From IMG/VR virus record IMGVR_UViG_3300029822_001168, positions 1 to 43,632 of that record: a stretch of DNA of 43,632 bases. The stretch is one strand, 5' to 3'. A program made the position numbers and the translations under genes. The stretch is from a virus. Its lineage: Duplodnaviria; Caudoviricetes. The notes below the pieces were generated by a model. It had not been told where the DNA came from and searched no databases. It saw nothing but the letters and a program-made list of their open reading frames with translations. Shown here in pieces: positions 37,033 through 43,632 of the stretch (the first letter of the stretch is position 1; each line of letters opens with the position of its first letter).

Positions 37033-37362
37033 CTATTTATTTGTTTCTAAATCCTCATACCTAACCACCAACCCCAAACGACAAGCAAAATCTCGTTCAA
37101 TTCTTGCTCCTGGTGAGTCAGCCCATCCGTCAAGCATATATATCTCATCACAATGATTAAGAGAAATCAAACAACAAATCATCGCCTTGCCCCAACTAAG
37201 GTTCCCACCAAATTCCTTAACAAATTCATCTGTCACATCAAATGGATTAACAACTTCATAACCTTTGTCTTCTAATTCCTTTTGAATTTTTTTAAATCTT
37301 TCTCTTGTGGCAGTTTCGTCACATCCTGTAATCTTACCACTTATATATATACTTTTCTTCAT
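37033..37362 (-). CDS. DUF4406-like protein (nucleoside deoxyribosyltransferase-like fold)
   Basis: IYISGKITG, VVNP, CDEIYML.GW..S.GARIE motifs. Confidence 0.85.
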   Translation of the reverse strand: MKKSIYISGKITGCDETATRERFKKIQKELEDKGYEVVNPFDVTDEFVKEFGGNLSWGKAMICCLISLNHCDEIYMLDGWADSPGARIERDFACRLGLVVRYEDLETNK

Positions 37363-37700
37363 AAGGCAATTGATTTACCAAGTTCAACAATACTATTCTT
37401 ATAAGAAGGAGCGAACATCCCACAGGTATAAGATATAACCACATCCTGTTTAAAGTCCTTAGAGTCCTTAAGCTCGTTAATCTCCTTAACAATCTCCAAT
37501 CCTTTGCCCACTATATATATAGCAAGGCAATTAACAGGCTTTTTAGGATTAACCATTTCGGACTTAGTCCTTAATTGGAACTCTAAGTTCTTTGGATGCC
37601 TTCCATAACTTATATAAGTCAAATAAACATCCTGTTTTATCTTGGCAGAGTAATTTTCCATTTCCTCCATAGCCAAATCAAAATCTCTATATACTACCAT
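37359..37700 (-). CDS. Hypothetical protein
   Basis: 113-aa ORF coupled to neighbours. Confidence 0.7.
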   Translation of the reverse strand: MVVYRDFDLAMEEMENYSAKIKQDVYLTYISYGRHPKNLEFQLRTKSEMVNPKKPVNCLAIYIVGKGLEIVKEINELKDSKDFKQDVVISYTCGMFAPSYKNSIVELGKSIAL

Positions 37701-37703
37701 TTT

Positions 37704-38141
37704 CTAATTAGTTTTTAAAATGTTTTCCGTTAACTCTCTAACCTGAACCATAGCTTTCTTGTAATGGTTAAAAGCGTTATAAACAGCTCTTAATTTCTCC
37801 ATAGGAATGTCATTAAAATTCCTACATTTACTTGCCCTGCAAGCAAGAGATTTAATTGATTCAGGATTTTCTGCATACCCCATTTCTCTAAGGTATGCCC
37901 CAATACTTGCCATTACTCTTTTGCGTAATCTATCAATTTCAACCAATTGAGGATTCACCATTTTTTCTAAAGCAGTACAGGCTTCTAATAATTCCACGAC
38001 TGTTAAGTCCTTAGAAGAAGTAGCGTTGAAATACGTATTCAACATACTTCTTTTGTCAAACTCGTCCATTCCAGCCTTAGTAAGCAAGGTGTGGAACCTT
38101 TTAATTAACTGGGCTTTTGTTGTTTTAATCGTTGTTGTCAT
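37704..38141 (-). CDS. GemA/Mu gp16-like protein
   Basis: LIKRFHTLL, SSKDLT..EL motifs; position after ATPases. Confidence 0.65.
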   Translation of the reverse strand: MTTTIKTTKAQLIKRFHTLLTKAGMDEFDKRSMLNTYFNATSSKDLTVVELLEACTALEKMVNPQLVEIDRLRKRVMASIGAYLREMGYAENPESIKSLACRASKCRNFNDIPMEKLRAVYNAFNHYKKAMVQVRELTENILKTN

Positions 38142-38154
38142 GATGTATTAATTA

Positions 38155-38787
38155 TTAATTGTTAAATTCGTTTTCGTTTTCTTGCCAATATCTCGATGCC
38201 CCCTCTTCCCATATTGTTAATTGCCCTTTAGAACCTATATATCTACCCTTTGAAAAGGCTTTAAAACCTTCAACCCATATCTTAAGTGTCGCATCATACA
38301 TTACAGATTTTGCACTTCGTCCAGCAGGTTGTTTTCCATCGGCATGGGAAATAAAGATTATCAATTTATTATGGTGCTTTTCCTTAAATGCTATATATTG
38401 TTTGTAACTAATCTGTGCATATTGGAAGCTATCAATTATTATTACATTAGAACTCCTTTGTTTTTCCAGCCTTTGATTAAGTTTTTCGAGAGATTCAGAA
38501 ACAAGCAACATCTTTTTCTTAACCTCACTCATGCCAACCTCTTCAAAAGCCTTGCGAATAGTATGGGAAGAGCCCTCTTCGAGAGAGTTGTAAAGCACCT
38601 TACCAAAATTAGTAAGATACTTAGCCAACTGCATAGTAAAGCGTGTTTTCCCGTTGCCACTATTCCCCCAGATAAACCAAACACCACATCTTTCAGGCTT
38701 ACTAAACGCCTCTTCCCATTCATCCTTAAAGTCAAAGAGCTTATATTTTTTGTTAAGTATATCGTTAATAGTAAATGCTCGTTCCAT
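38155..38787 (-). CDS. P-loop ATPase (RecA/RadA-like)
   Basis: GNSGNGKT, YNSLEEG, IIIDSFQ. Confidence 0.85.
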   Translation of the reverse strand: MERAFTINDILNKKYKLFDFKDEWEEAFSKPERCGVWFIWGNSGNGKTRFTMQLAKYLTNFGKVLYNSLEEGSSHTIRKAFEEVGMSEVKKKMLLVSESLEKLNQRLEKQRSSNVIIIDSFQYAQISYKQYIAFKEKHHNKLIIFISHADGKQPAGRSAKSVMYDATLKIWVEGFKAFSKGRYIGSKGQLTIWEEGASRYWQENENEFNN

Positions 38788-38820
38788 AGTCTATTTAGTC
38801 GTTTTAGTCCCTTGAGTCAA

Positions 38821-39768
38821 TTAATAGTTAAAGCCGTTAATCTTCATTACAAGTTCATAACTCAAAGGCTCTCCCAATCTTTCAGCCTCACGTTTGGCAG
38901 GTTCCAAAACATCATGCAACTCACCATAATTCTCACAATTACCACGAAGCCACTTAATCAACTCTCTATCTTCAATATCAGCAAGAAATTCATTATATCT
39001 CTTATCAATGTTTGGAATATACTTAATACCAAATTTAATTCGCCTGTACAGTTGAGGAATACCAGTCTTATTTTTATTTTTAAGTCTGTCATAATTTCTA
39101 AGGATCTGCTCAGTTCCAACCATAACAATACCACAAACCCCGTTAAGCATATCATACATACTTTTAATAGCACATAAAGCCACGTGCGACATATATTCAG
39201 CCTCGTCAAAAATCACCAGCGGTTTCAAGTTTCTATATTTCATCATCAAAAGAGCATAAGAAACCTCCTTTAATTTCGCACTCCTTGACATAGTTCCAAG
39301 CTTCAAACCAATTGCATCTGCCAACTTATCAACTATATCTCCAATATTATCAAGACTTCCAATAACAATTTTATAACAGGCAACTGGATTTTTCTTCATA
39401 AACAACTCTTCAATAGTAAAAGACTTCCCACAACCAGTTTCTCCAACAATAGTAATTGTTCTGCCGTCTTCCTTAGCTTCCTCCAATGCTGCCAAAATAG
39501 CCACCATCTGAGGAGTTTGCTTTATCTCCCAATACTTCTTATCAACCTCAATACCCAATAATCCAGCAATCTTTTTCCAATACATGTCAGAAATAATACT
39601 TTTCCCAACTTTGTCCTCTCCATTCACAATGGCACTTACATAAGCTGCATTAATGCCCAATTTCTTAGCCACTTCATTTTGTGACATTACAAAACTTTCA
39701 GAATTAGCTTGCGTGTAAGCTATCAAAGCTTGTCTGATTTGTTGTTTTTGTTTTTGTTCTACTTTCAT
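38821..39768 (-). CDS. MuB-like transposition AAA ATPase with N-terminal HTH
   Basis: SQNEVAKKLGIN HTH, GETGCGKS, IFDEAE; directly after transposase. Confidence 0.88.
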   Translation of the reverse strand: MKVEQKQKQQIRQALIAYTQANSESFVMSQNEVAKKLGINAAYVSAIVNGEDKVGKSIISDMYWKKIAGLLGIEVDKKYWEIKQTPQMVAILAALEEAKEDGRTITIVGETGCGKSFTIEELFMKKNPVACYKIVIGSLDNIGDIVDKLADAIGLKLGTMSRSAKLKEVSYALLMMKYRNLKPLVIFDEAEYMSHVALCAIKSMYDMLNGVCGIVMVGTEQILRNYDRLKNKNKTGIPQLYRRIKFGIKYIPNIDKRYNEFLADIEDRELIKWLRGNCENYGELHDVLEPAKREAERLGEPLSYELVMKINGFNY

Positions 39769-39791
39769 TTTAAATATGGTTTAAATGGTTA

Positions 39792-41858
39792 TTATTCTTC
39801 AATTAAATAGCTGTTAACATCAACTTTTCCCTTCATATATTCTAAATACTCCTCTTCCTGTGTTTTAATGTCCTTGATTCTTTCCCTTTCTACTTGTTTT
39901 GCTAATAATTTCTTACCTTTATCAGCAACACCATTTTTCCTATCCTTATGCTGTCCCAAACTATCAGTAATCATAAGTTTGCTGTAAACCTCATTCTCTC
40001 GGTCCTCAATCATTCCTGAAGATCCACTTTCACTCAACATCTTTCTCACATTAGCCAAAGTAGAATAATCCTCAACAGCAACATCCAAAGCATTTTGTTT
40101 TAAAGCATCATTAAACTGATTAAGCCTTGTCAATTCCTCAGCGTCACCTTCTTTTCTATCCCTTAAAGCCATAGGTTGTACATACTTTTCTTCCAATAAA
40201 AACCTCAAACTTCCATCACCATTAACAGCCATAACCTTAGTCTTATCTGCTGGATCAAACATTATCTTCCAATCCACATGACTATTCCTTCTAAATACAG
40301 GCTCAAAGCTATCATACACCCTCTTATCATTATCAATTTGAATAACCAATCCCTCATGAGATAGTCTATTGGTTCTTTCCTTCGTTTCGCAAAGGTTAAG
40401 GAAGTATTCTTGTTCGCTAAGTATCAATCTTTCTTCTTGTGGCAATTCTTGGTAAGCCGTTCTATATGCCTCAACCTTCTTACTTCTTTCAATTGCCATA
40501 ATTGTTTCAAGTTGCTTAATCACACCCTCCTTAGTAGGTATTTCGTGTCTATGGTCATTAATCCACTTAGCATTTGGTTGACTACCTTTCTTTGCAGTAA
40601 CCCCAAAGCCCGACCAGTTTGGCATAAATTGACAATATGTTTTGTTTAAATACTTAAAGTATGGCTCAATAGTCTTAGCTTTTGCATTACCAATTTTTGC
40701 AGGAGTGTAAACATTTGAAACAGCTTCATAGAAAGGAATTATACTTCCTCCTTTACCATAGTTATCTGTTTGCAATTGTCCTACCTTGTGCATCGTTCCA
40801 AATAGTTCTTGAGTATGCTTAACAGCATTCCTGAAAGCTTCACGTATTAATGCAGTACTCTCATGATCGCCGATTGCATAACCAACAGGATACTTTCCGC
40901 AAGGGTCTAAAACCACTACAATAGTCAATCTCTTATGATATGTAGTTGTGGTTCTTTCATTCTTATCAGTACTTGTTTCCTGATAAACAAGTTCGGCCAC
41001 CCAACCATCAGCACTCCAAAATACCATAGGAAGCACAGGAGCGGAGCGTTTCGCTAACATTGTTTTAGTATTATTAAAATCACTAACACCCTTGCTAAAA
41101 GGAGCAGTAACCATATTAAACCTAGTCCTATAATTCCCAGCAGTAGAAGGAGAAATAGCCTTCCAACCCATTTTTTCAGCCAACATATTATATAGAGCAG
41201 CAACCTGTACATTATCTAAATTTGTGTGTATTCTTAGGATATCACGAATAGTAGCCTCCTGCTCAATATCCACAACGTTTGCACTATTTTTGTTCAAGAA
41301 CTTGCCACTAATCAAACACTCAAACCCTTTTTCCTGGTACTCCTTCACTTTTAATCTCAAACGACGTTCATTCTTAGGCAAATCATGTCCCAATTCGAAT
41401 GTCAAATCGCTGCAAGTACTACATATATTTGCCCATAAGTTCTTATTATTGCCACCCAAAGCCTTGACAAATGCCTTGCTATCATTAGTAATCTTAATCA
41501 AAGCGTCCAACACTTCAGCATTACGAGAGTATTTTTCTTGAATATCAAAAGGGAGAAAACGTCCATCAGCCAAAACATAATGAGCAAAGAACTCACGAGC
41601 CTTATAGTTGGTCTCAACAGATTGCCTAAAAACTTCTTTCGTATAATCAACCCTTCCACACACTTCATCAACAGTCTTGCGAATTTCAAAAGGCAACGAA
41701 TTATAATCAATCTGAGCCTCACGACCATTCCCACCAGTTGCAACCTTTCTGATTTTACCCCTATGCACCATCAACTTGTAATTGGAGCTTGTCAATATCC
41801 CTGAACCAACCAGCTCGGAATAACTAACACAGGTAATATTGTTTATAACTTTAGGCAT
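39792..41858 (-). CDS. MuA-like DDE transposase
   Basis: WSADGW, LQTDNY, AKTIEPYF give an intact D-D-E triad; 688 aa. Confidence 0.88.
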   Translation of the reverse strand: MPKVINNITCVSYSELVGSGILTSSNYKLMVHRGKIRKVATGGNGREAQIDYNSLPFEIRKTVDEVCGRVDYTKEVFRQSVETNYKAREFFAHYVLADGRFLPFDIQEKYSRNAEVLDALIKITNDSKAFVKALGGNNKNLWANICSTCSDLTFELGHDLPKNERRLRLKVKEYQEKGFECLISGKFLNKNSANVVDIEQEATIRDILRIHTNLDNVQVAALYNMLAEKMGWKAISPSTAGNYRTRFNMVTAPFSKGVSDFNNTKTMLAKRSAPVLPMVFWSADGWVAELVYQETSTDKNERTTTTYHKRLTIVVVLDPCGKYPVGYAIGDHESTALIREAFRNAVKHTQELFGTMHKVGQLQTDNYGKGGSIIPFYEAVSNVYTPAKIGNAKAKTIEPYFKYLNKTYCQFMPNWSGFGVTAKKGSQPNAKWINDHRHEIPTKEGVIKQLETIMAIERSKKVEAYRTAYQELPQEERLILSEQEYFLNLCETKERTNRLSHEGLVIQIDNDKRVYDSFEPVFRRNSHVDWKIMFDPADKTKVMAVNGDGSLRFLLEEKYVQPMALRDRKEGDAEELTRLNQFNDALKQNALDVAVEDYSTLANVRKMLSESGSSGMIEDRENEVYSKLMITDSLGQHKDRKNGVADKGKKLLAKQVERERIKDIKTQEEEYLEYMKGKVDVNSYLIEE

Positions 41859-41876
41859 TTTTAAATTGTTTTTATT

Positions 41877-41969
41877 TGTTCCTGGCGAGGACTCGAACCT
41901 CGAAGTTGCAGTGAGAGTGAAAAAGCAGTGTCCGCTACTTTTTTACAACTTATAACCATTATCCAGAAA
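41877..41969 (-). ncRNA. tRNA-like structure with aberrant D and anticodon arms
   Basis: Acceptor TTTCTGG/CCAGGAA, T-arm CGAGG-TTCGAGT-CCTCG, extended central arm. Confidence 0.6.
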
Positions 41970-42013
41970 TCTTTACTTACCTTTGTGTCTGCAAACCTTA
42001 ATCAGTAAGTAAT

Positions 42014-42310
42014 ATGACCAATTTTTATCTCGAATACCAATTAGCCGACGGGATGAAACAAGCTAAGCTCATCAAGAGAGACCTTATTTGTCCTATTCAT
42101 AAAAGGAAAGTCCTTATTACTGGGGATTATCTTGACAGTACTAATGTTTACATAACCAAGTACTGCTGTCTTGAACATGCGAAGGTAGTGGCGGCAGCGT
42201 TTATAAACGCTAAGCTCTTTGACCACATATACATCAAAAATCATAACGCAGGAGCCGATTTCATTGTTCGAAACGAATACTTTGAATGTATTATCAATAC
42301 TCCTTCTTGA
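42014..42310 (+). CDS. Hypothetical moron protein, antisense to early operon
   Basis: 98 aa with CPIH and CC; TACCTTTG promoter element at 41978-41985. Confidence 0.6.
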   Translation: MTNFYLEYQLADGMKQAKLIKRDLICPIHKRKVLITGDYLDSTNVYITKYCCLEHAKVVAAAFINAKLFDHIYIKNHNAGADFIVRNEYFECIINTPS

Positions 42311-42421
42311 TGAATGTGTAAAATAAAGATTTGTCGCCTCTTCTCTTGTAAACTCTCTTCCATCATGCCTAAATGCAACTAACATAAGGTGTTTGTAAAA
42401 AATCTCTTCTCTCTTTTTCAT
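42041..42421 (-). CDS. Hypothetical protein (N-terminal part plausible)
   Basis: Shares an upstream leader with the 42908 gene; 3' two-thirds overlaps 42014..42310. Confidence 0.4.
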   Translation of the reverse strand: MKKREEIFYKHLMLVAFRHDGREFTREEATNLYFTHSSRRSIDNTFKVFVSNNEIGSCVMIFDVYVVKELSVYKRCRHYLRMFKTAVLGYVNISTVKIIPSNKDFPFMNRTNKVSLDELSLFHPVG

Positions 42422-42439
42422 TCTACTTCTATTTTTAAA

Positions 42440-42604
42440 TTAATAACTATCAATAAATCCTTTGGCATCCTCAATAGTAGCCAATGTAAACTCTGGGTAT
42501 CTAACCCCAGCAGGTTGCATCAACTCCTCAGGAGTATATAAATCCCACGCCTGTTCCTCAGCATTCCACTGAAGCAACCAACCTTTATATTTAACTCTTT
42601 TCAT
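42440..42604 (-). CDS. Small hypothetical protein (54 aa, MKRVKYKGWLLQW...), not in ORF track
   Basis: ATG at 42604 overlapping previous gene end; TAA at 42440-42442; fills the operon gap. Confidence 0.65.
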   Translation of the reverse strand: MKRVKYKGWLLQWNAEEQAWDLYTPEELMQPAGVRYPEFTLATIEDAKGFIDSY

Positions 42605-42908
42605 AATTCTCAACATTTATAGTTACATCTTCACCCTTAAGGTTAAACATATAATGACCGTAGCGAGTTAAATCGCTCATATCTCCTAAAGTTGTACCCT
42701 CCAAAAACTGATCAATAATTCTAAGAGCTTCCAGTTCATTCTCTGATCCTCCAAATCTTATATAATTAGTTCCAGAATGCTCTTGATTGATTAATTTGAA
42801 TGATAAACTCAAAGCTGCTTTTTCATTGCCTTGTTTTACCAATTTAAAGAATGCTAATTGAAGCAATTCTTTTCTACTCACTTGCTTCGTTTTGTCATGT
42901 GTGTTCAT
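42591..42908 (-). CDS. Hypothetical protein
   Basis: 105-aa ORF in early operon. Confidence 0.7.
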   Translation of the reverse strand: MNTHDKTKQVSRKELLQLAFFKLVKQGNEKAALSLSFKLINQEHSGTNYIRFGGSENELEALRIIDQFLEGTTLGDMSDLTRYGHYMFNLKGEDVTINVENYEKS

Positions 42909-42929
42909 TCTACTTCTATTTAATGTTAA

Positions 42930-43118
42930 CTATTTATTTTTAGGTTCAGTCCATTCAATTTCAAAGCCACCCATTTCCAAAGCAGCCTTTCTAATTCTCT
43001 TAGCAAAATCAGAGTTGTTTTTAAAATTAAGAGCCTCACTAACCGTAACAGTCGTAGTCTCAAACATCTTAGCCAGCTTTATGCCAGTGCCTATTTCTGT
43101 TTTAATTTTCTTTCCCAT
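42930..43118 (-). CDS. Ner/Cro-like small HTH regulator
   Basis: LAKMFETTTVTVSEAL...AKRIRKAALEMGG; first early gene, divergent from repressor. Confidence 0.78.
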   Translation of the reverse strand: MGKKIKTEIGTGIKLAKMFETTTVTVSEALNFKNNSDFAKRIRKAALEMGGFEIEWTEPKNK

Positions 43119-43154
43119 TTTTTATATTTATTAGGTTTTTTTTACTTCTTATTG

Positions 43155-43240
43155 TATCTTTGCCCAAGTTTTAATCTTAAAGACACGGCAAAGATAGGCA
43201 ATATTACCTAATTACCAAATAAAATAGGCATTATTTCCTA
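43155..43240. promoter_or_regulatory. Lysis-lysogeny switch: face-to-face promoters and two operator-like palindromes
   Basis: TATCTTTG plus 43155-43162 and minus 43189-43196; TAGGCA-N6-CCTA at 43195-43210 and 43225-43240. Confidence 0.7.
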
Positions 43241-43269
43241 AATAATTTAGTGGCTAAACAACTAAAGTA

Positions 43270-43632
43270 ATGGAAATCAACGGCATTGAACTAAAAAAAA
43301 TACGTAAAAAATTAAACCTCTCTCAGGAAAAACTCGCAAAAAAAATAGGTGTTAGCGTTAGAACTGTGCGAAATTATGAATCTGGGGAGGTTATTCCTAT
43401 TTCAAAACAGGCAATATTACATGAATTAAAACTTAATAGCGAAAATATAAATCAATCTATTAAAGGAAATAATAACAATGTCATAGGTGGTAATAATTAT
43501 AATAAAGATAGTTTAGAGATAATGGATTTAAAAAACCAAATAAAAGAAAAAGATAAAATAATATCTCAACTTTTAGATGAGCAAAAGAAATTACATGAAC
43601 AAATAAATAAATTAATTGATAAACTTACATAA
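43270..43632 (+). CDS. Prophage repressor (XRE HTH + coiled coil)
   Basis: LKKIRKKLNLSQEKLAKKIGVSVRTVRNYESG. Confidence 0.85.
   Translation: MEINGIELKKIRKKLNLSQEKLAKKIGVSVRTVRNYESGEVIPISKQAILHELKLNSENINQSIKGNNNNVIGGNNYNKDSLEIMDLKNQIKEKDKIISQLLDEQKKLHEQINKLIDKLT

Larger units (their letters stand above)
7901..43632. mobile_element. Mu-like contractile-tailed prophage with DGR (right end outside window)
   Basis: DDE transposase + AAA ATPase, Mu-type terminase/portal/gpF/gpG/gp36, sheath, tube, baseplate, lysis and repressor genes. Confidence 0.92.

Noticed and set aside
38329-39177. 282-aa plus-strand ORF
   Set aside because: Antisense shadow of two ATPase genes with no recognisable motifs.
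41877-41969. Canonical tRNA gene
   Set aside because: No 7-nt anticodon loop and a degenerate D-arm; kept as tRNA-like only.
15902-43632. Second DGR target (additional VR)
   Set aside because: No further TR-like match noticed by eye; a BLASTN of TR against the window and genome would settle it.

Overview
AT-rich Bacteroidetes-type DNA (recurrent TAnnTTTG promoter motif). Bases 1-6113 hold a type III restriction-modification locus whose mod gene is split by an ISL3-family element (1460-2873, 8-bp target duplication). Bases 6125-7900 are a scar region: four copies of a 133-162 bp multi-hairpin repeat bracket truncated gene fragments, ending at a terminator and a 17-bp tRNA 3'-end (att-like) fragment. 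From about 7901 to the window end lies a near-complete Mu-like, contractile-tailed prophage (DDE transposase, MuB-like ATPase, Mu-type head genes, baseplate, lysis, Dam methylase, Tad2/DUF2829). It carries a diversity-generating retroelement (RT, TR, VR in the tail-fibre gene) with no recognisable avd. Most notable: a predicted -1 frameshift fusing the portal to a MuF protein with a nuclease-like tip, several promoter-driven antisense/structured RNA candidates, a tRNA-like element upstream of the transposase, and an apparent tRNA att boundary on a transposase-encoding phage. Family assignments are from motif recognition by eye; no searches were run.
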